From Bigelowiella natans CCMP2755 (Eukaryota > Protista > Cercozoa), in NCBI GenBank assembly GCA_000320545.1, contig ADNK01003457.1, positions 1 to 37,456 on the forward strand: a stretch of DNA of 37,456 bases. Reading direction: 5' to 3'. Under the pieces are notes generated by a model, which was given only the letters and a program-made list of their open reading frames with translations, did not search any database and was not told the origin of the DNA. Positions 10,929 through 22,900 of the stretch are shown here, piece by piece. Position numbers and translations under genes: made by a program. Each line of letters starts with the position of its first letter. Within the stretch, counting starts at the first letter, position 1.

Positions 10929-12569
10929 ATGTTAATAGCTATTACCTCCCTCACGCTATTTATGATCTCCGTGCAAGCTCGTAGTACTACCGGCAATACT
11001 ACTTCTCGTCCAAACATCATCATTTTCCTCGCAGATGACGTTGGATGGAATAATGTACAGTGGCATAACCCGGATATTAAAACGCCTCACTCAATGAACT
11101 TGTTGAAGGAAGGTATCGAGCTGGATCGGCATTACGCATTCCTGTACTGCAGCCCCAGCCGATCAAGCCTAATGACAGGACGGCTACCCTTCCATGTCCA
11201 GCAATTTAATAGACCAAACTACGATTTGAATCAAGGAGCGCATAGAAACTTCACATTTATTTCGAGGAAGCTTAAGTCCGCCGGTTATCAAACTCATCAC
11301 CTAGGCAAATGGCACTTGGGTATGTCCTCCTGGGGCCATATACCAAAAGGACGAGGTTTTGACACAAGCCTGGCGTATTTTGAAGGTGGAGAGGATCCTG
11401 TATCTCAACGAACATGCGCTGACACGATGTGTTTCGTGCCTGTCAACTCATCAACAAAACCACCCAAGGAGATGAAAAAATTTAGTTCAATGCCTTTCGA
11501 CTTCTGGGAGGACACGCATCCAGCTCGAAGCAGAGTTGGTTCTGGTCAACATAGTGACTTCCTATTTAATGATATAGCGATTAAAACTGTGGAGGATCAC
11601 GACCCTTCCAAAGGGCCTATGTTTATGTACTACGCAGGCAGTAGTGCTCACACACCACTCGAGCCACCGCAACGTTTCTTGGATCTATATCCTGAGGACT
11701 GGTACCTGGACAGAAGGCAATATGCCGCCTTGTGTACGATGTGGGATGAGGTTTTGTTCAATCTTACCTCAGCTCTAAAATCAAAGGGAATGTGGGAGAA
11801 TACAATCCTGCTCTTTTCAAGTGATAATGGTGGTCCAGTATATTGGAGCTTAGACGATGATTTTCCTCACGGTGCAGGAGCAAATAACTGGCCATTGCTA
11901 GGAGGCAAAGTATCTAATTGGGAAGGAGGGGTACGGGTTGCTTCCTTCTTATCTGGAGGTTTAGTCCCTCAAAAGATGTATGGTAGAAAGCTGAGCGCTT
12001 ACATCCATTTTTGTGACTGGTATGCTACCTTTTGCTCGCTTGCTGGCGTTGATCCTGAGGATAAAGTTGCAGAGATGTTCAACTTGCCGCCGATAGACTC
12101 GATAAATCAATGGCCTATATTATCAGGAGAGACGAATGAACCTCTGCGAACAGAGATACCGATCTCTGTTGACGTACAGTTGGAGCTTAAGGGAGCAGGA
12201 AAGTTCCTGAATCCTAAATCAAGTGCGTTGATACAAGGAGATATGAAGTATCTGGAAGGCATCCAAGTTCAGACGTTCCATCAAGGCAACAATTTTCCTA
12301 ATTCGTCGCGTTATGGAATGCTTACGGATCCTTTGCTCTTTAAACGATGTCCTAAACCAAGGGGGGGTTGTTTGTTCAACATAACAGCAGATCCTTCAGA
12401 AGAAATAAATCTAGCCGAGAGCTTCCCAGAACTTTGTAAGAAAATGTCCGATCGCGTGAATGAACTCAGAAAAACCGCCTTCCAAACTAAATCTGACGCA
12501 TCACAAAGGCAAGAGTGTTACGCACAGATCAGGAAGAACAATAACTTTTTCGGACCATGGCTCTCTTAA
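10929..12569 (+). CDS. Arylsulfatase (formylglycine-dependent S1 sulfatase, ARSB/I/J-like), single exon, signal peptide, 546 aa
   Basis: PNIIIFLADDVG, CSPSRSSLMTG (CxPxR formylglycine motif), GYQTHHLGKWHLG, SSDNGG, NNWPLLGGK.SNWEGGVRV, LFNITADPSE. First ATG is at 10929 (the ORF track starts at an upstream TTG), followed by hydrophobic MLIAITSLTLFMISVQA. Confidence 0.93.
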   Translation: MLIAITSLTLFMISVQARSTTGNTTSRPNIIIFLADDVGWNNVQWHNPDIKTPHSMNLLKEGIELDRHYAFLYCSPSRSSLMTGRLPFHVQQFNRPNYDLNQGAHRNFTFISRKLKSAGYQTHHLGKWHLGMSSWGHIPKGRGFDTSLAYFEGGEDPVSQRTCADTMCFVPVNSSTKPPKEMKKFSSMPFDFWEDTHPARSRVGSGQHSDFLFNDIAIKTVEDHDPSKGPMFMYYAGSSAHTPLEPPQRFLDLYPEDWYLDRRQYAALCTMWDEVLFNLTSALKSKGMWENTILLFSSDNGGPVYWSLDDDFPHGAGANNWPLLGGKVSNWEGGVRVASFLSGGLVPQKMYGRKLSAYIHFCDWYATFCSLAGVDPEDKVAEMFNLPPIDSINQWPILSGETNEPLRTEIPISVDVQLELKGAGKFLNPKSSALIQGDMKYLEGIQVQTFHQGNNFPNSSRYGMLTDPLLFKRCPKPRGGCLFNITADPSEEINLAESFPELCKKMSDRVNELRKTAFQTKSDASQRQECYAQIRKNNNFFGPWLS

Positions 12570-12649
12570 AATGATAGAAATAGCAACAATTGTAGAAGTA
12601 GCTTATCGTTTTTATGCAGTAGGACGTATGGGTCGTGGATAGGGAGTGA

Positions 12650-13860
12650 TGGTCATGCCTAGTACGATACTAGCGTTATGTGGCGAGCTAGTGAAGCAGT
12701 GTATGCTTAAACATAGGGATAACTGCTGGGTGTAGATTAGCTTTCATCCAGCAATACTCACTGCAGCAGGCCAAATGAACGTTGATATTTCAATCATGTA
12801 ACGAATGCTTAGGCTTCGGCCTGTTCGTCGTTTAACGTACCGTATAGCAAGCGATTTTTGGCACGCGCGTGACGACACATGTAAGACGGATGTAATTAAT
12901 CAATGAAATTTGTTCAATAGCGACACACGTCTAGCGGCAATGCAATGCATGCTGAGTGCGCACTCATTGTACCTCACATGATCGATTCTAGGGGGAGACA
13001 GTACTTCATCTCATTGACGTTGCTGATAGCCACATGCAAGAGTCACATGCACCTTGAAGTTTTTGTGATGTGCGCGTTTCTAGGTTTGACCAGCGATAGG
13101 TTGTACGTGACGTAGGGTCGGCGTATAGGGGGGCTAGCTATGGCTAGCTAGGGGGGGGCAAGATCAGCTAGCTAGAGATGGGTGCACGTACGCACACTTG
13201 CATGAGTGCATTCAATGAGCATCGCAACGCAATGTGCTACGCAGTGTACCAGTGTAGCGTGCGCCAGGCGCTCTGCTAGCCATGTAGCGCTAGCAGGCGT
13301 GTCGCCCAACACATTCGTTCGATCGCCGCGCGGGCGGCCGCATGCAATGTTGTCATTATTTGCGCGCGATCGCGAGTCAACGCAGTCTAGCTACTGCTAG
13401 CTAGCTTGCTAGCTGGCTAGCTGGCATCATCGCAATTACGCTAGCACGCATAGGCGGCGACTAGCAGAGTCATTCGCACCCTGCATGCACAATGGATCAT
13501 CAAATGTGACGTCTACATACATGTGCTGCACGTGTCTGTTGTTCATTGTTGGCAGCAGTAAATGAATTCATCTGAACAAGAGGTGCATGTGTTTCATTCA
13601 ACAACAAGAAGGCAGAGAGTGTTGTGCATTATCAATAGTTGGCTGCGGCAGCACGCGCAATGCAACCGATGAGACTCTGGAGCGCCAGTGCAGGCTTTGA
13701 TGGGTTGCACAACGCGGTTTGTGAGTGTGTGTACGTGTGAGTGTCGTGTTTCTATTTGGCATGTGCAGCTGCCGCAATGGCGATTCATGCAAACGGGGTA
13801 AAATTGAATACAACGGAACGAGTCTAATCATTACTAGGTAACTGCAATGGCAAGGCACGA
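12650..13860. other. Convergent intergenic spacer 2: CTAG/TGCA/CATG-rich domain with central GC core (13324-13341)
   Basis: Lies between stops at 12569 (+) and 13905 (-). Contains ctagctactgctagctagcttgctagctggctagctggc and gggggctagctatggctagctagggg; core cgccgcgcgggcggccgc. Confidence 0.75.
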
Positions 13861-13904
13861 AAAATGGGAGCTAAGCTTATGAAAGCGGCATTTGCTTTTT
13901 AAGT

Positions 13905-15016
13905 TCATTCATCGTCATCATCGTCGTCATCACCATCATCGCCGCCAGCAGCTTCTTTCTCTTCTGCCTTTTCTGCCTTGCCCTTGTAGTTAGGCTTAAT
14001 TTCACCGTATCCAAGCTCTGCAAGCTGTGCATCAATATCCTTAAGCTCATCCTTGGTTGCGGAAACTGCTTCTTCCACGATTTTTGACATAGCCTTCTTC
14101 TTTTCGTAGAACGCAGCATTTCTTGCCATCCTTTTCGCCTCGAGCTTGTTAATAAGATCATTGTGTCTCCATCCTGCCAGGGTAGAAAGATCTCCCAATC
14201 TGCAGAACTTACGTCCAGGCTTCAGACGAAGGTTTTTGAGAGCTCTAGGAATGCACAACTTTTTCTTTCGGTTGAACTCTTCAGGACACCCTTCAAAAGT
14301 CTTCAGACGGGCAAGAGCAGACTTCCCCTTCGACTTCTTGTGAGCAATCATGCCCCTCACTACTCTCCAGAGAATTCGGGATGGAGCACGGTAGTGGAAA
14401 GGACCCTTCTTAGGATTCGTATTCATGCGCTTCTTCAGGAATGCGTAGTATTTCACTGCGTATTATCAAAATCAAGACGTTAAATTTACACGTCTACCAG
14501 GGGAACAAGCAAATTGCTACTGACGTTTGTTACGAAAGAGGGATCCAGAGATGTTGATCTCTTCGCATCTCACCACAACCTGAGAAATCAATCATTGTTT
14601 TATCAGTCAGTTGAATGTGGTAGAGAGATCAGCAGTATTCCTTTATTCCCCTAATCCTCGCTAAGTTTCAATTTACATTGTGCAGAAATATTTATTAAAA
14701 GTGATCATTCCCTTCCCTCTTATAATAAATACCAAAGTATGAGTGATGTATCTCATAATCTTCACGTTCACACTTAAATTTACTGTGTATTCTATGATAT
14801 CAACAATACTGTTTGACAACTTTTCTATCTAACGTAGAAAAAAATGCGTACGCACAATTTTCTGCCCAGCCTGGATTTCTTTGCAGATTGTCGAGGCCAG
14901 TCGGCCCAGGAGGTGTCCCTTTCCGTCAATGAGGACTTCCTGAAGATAATGTTTAACGCGTTAGTAAAAGAATGGTAGCATTTTCAATCTGAATTGTACA
15001 CCTTTTGGAACGGCAT
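13905..15016 (-). CDS. RPL13A: 60S ribosomal protein uL13 (L13a), 234 aa, 4 exons
   Basis: Exons 15016-15002, 14939-14856, 14579-14525, 14455-13905 give [87 protein letters not shown]..., the canonical eukaryotic L13a sequence. Confidence 0.97.
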
Positions 15017-15555
15017 TGTTTCTAAGAAGGACTGAACCTAAAGGACGATATCGGTGTGTTTAGAGAGGTTTGCAAGCAGGTTAAGGGGTGGGGAACCACC
15101 TTTTTGGTCTGTGCGAAGCCGTGAGTGTTAGGTGCAAATTGTAGAAAAACTCCTATGATTTTTTGCTAAGACTCATGCTCAATATGTCGTTATGTATGAA
15201 TAGACGGCATCCTCTATTATCATTAAAAATCGGCAGCGGAGTTAATCCCCGACCTTCGGAGAATTAACAACTAGCGACATTTAATTTGGCATTAAATTAA
15301 AATTCGTTATCCATTATGAAAGGCAATCTTCGTAACTTCTTTGAATGTTCCTTTTTGTCGCATATGAAAATAGGATCAAAATCAAAATAATACAGTCTAA
15401 AATCATTCCTGCGACAGACTTTGCTACAACTTGTGCATATTCTGGTAGATAATGATATGTCGTAGACATAAAACGCCATACACTTTTCGAAATAGTACTC
15501 CTTCATTCCCCCCCTACGGAACCAGTTGAGGCGAAAGTGGGTATCATCTGCTAGG
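15017..15555. promoter_or_regulatory. Putative bidirectional promoter region, RPL13A / GPN3 (539 bp between start codons)
   Basis: Head-to-head ATGs at 15016 (-) and 15556 (+); AT-rich, no microsatellites. Function inferred from position only. Confidence 0.6.
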
Positions 15556-16597
15556 ATGGCGGAGAAGTTCGCGCAGCTTATCATTGGCCCAGCAGGAAGG
15601 TTTGACATCTGCATTCCTAATCGTTATTGTATAGTCGTTGACTTAAGTGTGTTAGTATGTATCTTGCTCCTCTAATCTCATTCTCCATCATTAGCGGAAA
15701 GTCCACGTACTGCACAGCCGTCCAGAATCATTGCTTCTCAATGAAAAGGAGTGTGCATGTGGTCAATCTAGATCCGGTAGGCTTCTCACGCAGAGTCGTG
15801 CTTCGTATCGACACTGAATTGCATACTAATTGATATGTTTGGTTGTACATCTTGTGTGCTTACTTACCTATTGTTTATATATATGAAAGGCGGCAGAGGT
15901 GTTTAAGTATAAACCAGCTGTTGACATTCGAGACCTTATATCTTTAGAAGGTTGCGAAGAATACAAGCATAAAAATCTCTATGCAGCAACATTCATGGAA
16001 GATAAATCGATAGATCTCTTCTTGTTGTACTTGACTACGACTACTACTGCTACTACTACTACTACTCTTACAACTACTACACAGATGCAATGGATGCCAT
16101 GAACTTTGGACCTAATGGGGGATTAGTCTTTTGTATGGAATACCTGGTCTCAATACTAATAGAACAACACAAATAGTAATAGTAATAATAATAATAATAA
16201 TCGTTCGAATTGGAATATATTCATCTATCTACACCGGTATTGGAGGAGAAAAGAGATTATGTTCTGAGGAGTGCTTATTTTTTTTGCTTTAATACTAATG
16301 TTGGAACTAATACTGTGTTTTTGCGAATGTTAGACACAAAACTTTGGCTGGTTTGAGGAGCAAATTGTAGGTGTGATGATTGATCAATTCGAAGCTTTTT
16401 TGTACCGAACTACTTTTATTGTTTCGGGGGTTATCGTCAAGTCGCCAAGGGCAGAATACTACCAGCACCGTGGCTTATTATGGACAACTAATGTACCTTA
16501 TCCTCGTCCCGCCCCTTGCTGCTATCAGGGTCTTTCGGGGAAGACTATATTCTGATTGATTGTCCAGGTAGAAACATACAACCCTCTCTTCTCCTCG

Positions 16598-16646
<49 letters not shown>

Positions 16647-17588
16647 CTCCTCTCTTCTCTCTCCTCTCTTCTCTCTTCTCTCTTCTCTCAATAATGGATA
16701 AGTTAAGAATCGTAAGATTATGGAATGATTCTTTCCGAACGCCACACATTAGCACCAAAATGAAATGGGAAATGATCAAAGGCACAACAAAATTAGAACA
16801 AACGCTTTATTGAATTGACCATACATTTCACATACAGTATATATTAATGCTCGTTGAATATGTGTGTATGAGTCAACGTGGACACCATTGAAAGCGTTTC
16901 TTGTCTTTTTTTCGTGGTGTGTTGCTTTCTCTCTTTACTATCTATCGATATGCAGGGCAAATTGAGCTGTATATCCATTTACCAGTATTGAAAAATGGTA
17001 AAAACCAGTGGAAGAAGAGGAGGAGGAGGAAAAGGAGAATGATTAAGCCTTTCCTTAACTCACACAATGATCATACTCGTCATCCACTACTTCGTGAAAT
17101 TCGGAGAAGATAGATATGCACTTTTCATCATATCTTCATTTGTGATATGTTTTGCCTGAATAACAGCAGCAGCTAGCAGCTCTGGTATTGTTAATTAATG
17201 CAATTTCAACTAATCAGTCACCCAAAAATTGGAGAAGTGGGGCTACCGTGTTGTCGTGGTAAGTTATAGAAGCAGCAGCAGCAGCAGTATTAGTAGTAGT
17301 AATTAGGAGGAATTATTACTCTTTGCCTGCTTGTATCTGTGAAGTCAGTTAATGTCCAAAATGAATGATAAATCGAGGCGACTAACTTTATGATGTTTGA
17401 GCACACTTCTTTACATAATTTGTATTGTTATCACCCACCCACTGCTAGGTGTGCTTGATGGATTCCATGTTCATTACATCTCCATCAAAGTAATCATCAC
17501 AATTTTGAAGTATTCGTTTCAATTATATATGATGATGAGGATCATCACTGGAAAGAATGCATCATTATGTACTTTATGACACGAGTGT

Positions 17589-17651
<63 letters not shown>

Positions 17652-17871
17652 AATACTGTATTACATGTGTTTTGCAATTAGCTTCAAATTTGCTTATTTC
17701 CTGCCTGCTATTGCGTGACTAATTTGTCATCACCATCAACATCATCATCATCATCATTATATTTAATATCCAGGTTCATATCTGGAACGTTATCAGCACT
17801 ATCAGTATGTTCGTGATAATTGAATTCTAATTATCTTGGCTGTAACAGTGATGATAATGATTGATAAACAT

Positions 17872-17902
<31 letters not shown>

Positions 17903-18602
17903 CAACTCACATAAATTCTGTCACTCTGAAAGATTCTCCTATTATATAAGTACCCCCCCCCCTCTTTTCCTGATCGAACGCCTTTTCCTTTCTTTCTCAA
18001 AAGCATTCATCACAAATGCTGCCTACAACTAATCCTTCTCCTCCTCCTCCTCCTCCTCCTTCGTCTGAAACGATGATATGGCCACACCAAGGCGATGATG
18101 CAGCTGGCATTGCCGCACATCAACGTCTTAAGCAAGTGTGATCTATTACCGGACAAGAAATCCACTTTGAACCGATTTTTTAATCCACCAATGGGGCAGC
18201 TGCTGCATGATCTTAATAAGGTAATAAAAAAGAAGAACAAGAAGAAGATAGATCATCATGGGATCCGTATTCTTCGTGGTATTTTAATGATGATGATGAT
18301 GACGACGACGATGTCGGAATGCCCAACCAAGTATTCTCTTTCATCCTGCTGATAAACCGTCTCAATACTCGCCAACAACGTTACTAACTACTACTTGTGA
18401 GCAGGATAGCATTGGAAAATTTCGAAAGTTGAACGAAGCTCTTAGTGACTTGATAACTAGTTACTCGTTGACGGCTTTTATTCCTCTTGACCTGACGGAA
18501 ACAGAGGTATGATCCTTCATCATACGGGTTAAATAAAACCACGTGTTGTTCAGTCGTATTCTCCATCTTATCGCTTGCTATGATGATACGACAATGTAAC
18601 GA

Positions 18603-18633
<31 letters not shown>

Positions 18634-19017
18634 ATTCATATATATATGTTGTGAAATGATGTGATAATATCCTAAACCAGAGTCTTGAGCATGTGCTGTC
18701 CTATGCGGATCACGCACTGCAATATGGCGAAGGTGTGGTGCTTGGAGAAGTGTAGGGAGTGGTGAGATATTAGTGCAGGAGCAAGGATGCTGGGATAGAT
18801 AGCGCGTAGAAGCCATGCGAGGACGGTAGTCTCTATTCTCCCTAAATATATAAAACACTCCACAGGACAAGAACCGAAGGAAATCGACGAGAAGGAGCCC
18901 TTGGAAGACGATTTTAAGTTTGAATCAGCGGGTGGAGGGAATAGTCAATCTGGAGATGAAGTGCAGAATCTAGCGAAGATGATAGCAAAAGTAGGTAGTG
19001 ATGACTTTAAGAAATAG
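15556..19017 (+). CDS. GPN3: GPN-loop GTPase 3, 304 aa, 14 exons
   Basis: Exons 15556-15599, 15695-15776, 15890-15950, 16085-16146, 16334-16370, 16529-16567, 16956-16997, 17218-17258, 17449-17489, 17774-17804, 18092-18220, 18405-18506, 18681-18732, 18866-19017 (915 nt). Motifs: AQLIIGPAGSGKSTYC, VVNLDPAAE, FGPNGGLVFCMEYL, YILIDCPGQIELY, KFISGTLSALSAM, PHINVLSKCDL, QYGE. These favour GPN3 over GPN1/2. Confidence 0.93.
17593..17645. repeat. (TA)n microsatellite, intronic
   Basis: Visible run in GPN3 intron 9; similar (TA)n runs occur near 66, 247, 5638, 8681, 9543, 18610, 29948, 31184 and 35723. Confidence 0.95.
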
Positions 19018-19039
19018 GCTGTTTTCGTCTAAAAGTTAA

Positions 19040-19745
19040 CTGGTATGCGATGCTTCGAAGTAAAAGCATGCGCTTGCATTGTGCACAGCGCACCAAAGCT
19101 TTAGCGAACGCTAGAAGTCAGTCTAGCAGTACATCATCTATGCATCATCTAGATCTAGAGATCATGGCTCCGACTCAATACATGCATCGATCATCACTTG
19201 TGTATAGATGTTAGCTAGATTAGACAGGTCTAGAGGTGTCGTAGACGCACAGTGGCATACATGCATAGCTAGATAGCTCTAGAGCTATCCAGCTTGCTAC
19301 AAAGCAGACGCGGACGTGTGATCTAGTGATGCACATGCGCATCACACAGACAAGGCTAGCAAGCTGGCGAAAACGTTTGTCACGCACCTTATTATGCTTG
19401 GCACATCAACATTGTGCGCGCAGTAGCGCATCGCATGCCATCCAGCTAGCTAGCTAGCCAGCACAACGCATATGCGATTTCTCAGGTTCTGCACATGCAC
19501 ACACACTAGCATGGATGCCACGAATCATCATTCTAGCATTCGCTAGATTCGCCCGCGGGCGGCAGCTCTACAGCTCAAAGAGGCCTAGCTTCACACAGCT
19601 ATTACCACGCAAGATTCACGCTCAATTAATGGCACCACATTTTGTGTAACCTTATGTACAACCGGCCCCAAACACACAGCAAGAGCCAGATACTGCTCTG
19701 CTTCATACATGCATGCTAGCATCATAAAGACCCCATGCGACGTAA
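19040..19745. other. Convergent intergenic spacer 3: CTAG/TGCA/CATG-rich domain with central GC core (19550-19563)
   Basis: Lies between stops at 19017 (+) and 19948 (-). Contains tctagatctaga, gatagctctagagctatc and cagctagctagctagcc; core cgcccgcgggcggc. Confidence 0.75.
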
Positions 19746-19947
19746 GACATTAAATAGAAGAAATTATCGTGATAACATCAATAGAGTTACAAGTGTTTTT
19801 CAAAAACGAAAATAGTGTGCTGTGTACAGTTTGTATGTACACAATAAATGAAGCTATACCATAAAGCTGTCGGTCGTCATTGAAGACGAGAAACAGAGAC
19901 AGAATATGTTGATTGATTGTTCCCACTCATGCTACTACTACGTTCGT

Positions 19948-22900
19948 TTAGACGAAATTCGTTGCTTTCAATGAGGAGTACTTTCCAGCCTCAACTTCCA
20001 GAGCTGGGTCGGACCTCGACATCGTAATAGTCTTGGTTCCAGGACGGCCAGTCTTATCAACCTTGACAGATACCGTACCATCCGCGGATGATGTCCTCAC
20101 CACAACTCCAACCTTCCACCTCAGATCGTACACGTCAACTTTCTGGTTCACGGCGAATTTTCTTTCCTCACGTTCATCTTCACTGTCGTAAGGCGTGTGG
20201 AGGCCGCCATCCAACGGCTCCTTATTCAAGAGCTTCTTCAGGGCAGACACCTTCTCTTTGACTGGGCGATAGTAGGGGACGTATTCGCACGTCAAGGTGT
20301 ACCTAAACACGACAACAAAAATTAAATAAATATTTTAAGAAAACAACACATTCGTACGTTATTATGATTATTATTATTACTATTTCTTTAATTTTTTTTA
20401 GTAAATAATTAATAAGCCTACCAACCTGCGGTACTTCTTGTGGAAACCAAGCTCTTCGCGCATAGCCTCATGAGATTTAAGTTTTCCTGCGAAGTATCTT
20501 TTCGCTAAATCTTTGGAGAAAGCAGTGACTTCATTATCCAGCCACTCGCGTAGGTGTTGCTTCGTTTGTGGACCGAGTTCTCCGCTTTCGTCGCTCTGAT
20601 ATTTTCGCAAACAAAATTTCACATAACAACAACAGAATCTTAAATGAGTACGAAGTATTACATTTGCTGTTTATTAGTTAGTAACCATCTTGGATGATCA
20701 TAAGTTGGTGAGAGTATTTATTTCATAAGAGCTGCTTTTTGAAAGAATGATGAATGCATGCGTCTCTATTACTACTACTACTCTCCTACTACTACTACTA
20801 CTACTACCATTACTACTTATTATCCATTACTACTTATTATTACCAAGTTGATGTTTTGCTTGTTGTTGTTTGTTGTGAGGGTCCTCTGCAAGCACTCTAT
20901 GGTTGCCTCATCCAGCTTCCCGGTGACAGGTAGGTTCCTGAAATGGACCCTCATGTGTTCTTGCAGTGCGGCCACAGTGACCGAGTCAAGTTGCCCTGTG
21001 ATCTCTGGCAGCTCGACTGTCGTACGCCTGAGGATGTACCGAAGATAGAACTGAAGTGCTTTGACAGTTTTTGGATGTAGTCCTTCTTGGTCAAGGTGCC
21101 AGTCGTACCCGCTCCGCCCACGACCATTGTACTCACGAAGAAGTGGGTGTAAGCGCTTTCGGATCGATTGGGCAGGTGCCCTTTCCCAAACATCGCCGTC
21201 GTGGTAGTTAATTTGGTAATAGCCATCTCCATGATCAACGGTGATTTCCCCTGGGTAGACACCGCTCTCAGTTTTGTACCTCGCAACAACTTGATCACCG
21301 ACACTCCACTCGACAGTAGTCTCTTTCTTCTCACCCACACCAAAGAAACCGATCAGACGCTCTACTGCTGCGCCGGCATTGTGCAGGAAATTCTGGCAGG
21401 CAGGCGAGAGCTTGGCCAGACGGAGTATTTGCTCCACCAGGAAATCGCCTTCTTTGAACTTGAGATCCTGCGTGAAGGCCAGGCAAAGCTTGCCAATAAT
21501 TTTTGGGGCGCGGTCGGACAAGTCTGGCGCCGACTTATCTGTAAGAAGAGCCGTTAGAACGCGATAGAATGGGCGCGTCAACTCGTGATGGCGATGCAAT
21601 ATGTCACGGTAAATATCTTCTAAGATATCATCCAAGATTTCCTTATCGGAATTGCAAATCTTGCAGATGAGAGTGGAAATGGGAGCTGCTCGAGCTTTTG
21701 TGTAACCTTCCATCAAGAGGCGATGGTAGAAAGCCGGTTTTTTCATTAAGTCTAGGTCATCATCCGTCTTGCACAACATCACTAGAAGGGAGAAGTATTC
21801 ATCGGGGAGATGGTCGATTCGAAAATCTGCGTTGTTTCTCTCCTGATTTGGCCCCACAAGTGCCACCAGAGCTTCAATTAGTTGGTAGTGGACAAGCAGC
21901 CTTTCCATCTCTGGCCCCATTGCCGCAAATTTGTAGAGTAGTCGGATCCAGTGGTAGTTGCTGGGACACCCAACCACTCTCAACTCGTATTCTAGGCGAG
22001 CAATAATGGTGAAAAGGTAACCTTCATTAGGCCTTGGCACTATCTCCTTGATCTTATTAGCTACGGATGACGCACTTCCAGAATCGGCCTTACTGTCTGT
22101 CTTCTCATCCTTTCCATCGTCTCCCTTTTTGGCCTCTTGGTCCATACCACCAAGACGATTAGGTGTGTTGGAGCGAACTGCACGCCTTTTTGCAGGTGCG
22201 GTACACGCCTTAGCGATAGCTCGCCTCTCGCCAGCTGCCAACGTTCGCATGGCTTCAGCGAGGAGGTCCACAGCTCCTTGTCTGACCTCTTGCACCGGGT
22301 ACGTTACTTGTGCCGTTTCGTACTCGGCCATGAGAATATTGAGGAACCAGTCTACCTTAGGATTAATGAACATGCTCAGGAGCCAGACAGAGGAAGCGAC
22401 GTTGCCAACGTAGAGAGCCTTGACTTCACGCACCCACCCAGCCCATCCTCGCCCTACTTTGTGAGCAGACCGAGCGAGGGTCATAAGTAGATACCGGGTC
22501 GCCAGGCGAGTGATTTGGTCGTAGAGGTTTGATGGGGTATTCGAGACGTCTTCTACCTTAGGCTGCTGCTCTGGTGCCTTTGGGTGAGCTTCCTTGAAGG
22601 CACGGATGATATCACGGAGAGCAACGCCGTAATGACGGTCGTGAGCCATCGACCCTCGCCATTTCTCCTCGTTTTCTTCCCAGATCTTGCGAAGCATTCC
22701 CTGGGGCACAATTGCTTTGGCCTTTGCTCTCTCCGCAGCCTCTGCCTTCTTTTTCTGCAGCTTCTGAACCAATTTTCCAGCCTGTGCAAATTTGAGCTTA
22801 CTTAATCCCAAAGATACGGGCTTCTGGACGACTTCTTTAGGCTGCTCTACTTTGTCGTAAAACAGAACGTACGCTGTGGAGCACTTCCAGCTGTCATTGT

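Noticed and set aside
13206-13858. Ala/Cys/His/Arg-rich ORFs in the convergent spacers (also 31858-32620)
   Set aside because: Their amino-acid bias follows directly from the TGCA/GCAT/CTAG composition; no protein-like features.
14580-14855. Possible intronic box C/D snoRNA in RPL13A intron 2 (vertebrate RPL13A hosts snoRNAs)
   Set aside because: Only a mismatched C box (ATGATCA) with downstream CTGA on the sense strand; no convincing terminal stem or recognisable rRNA guide.
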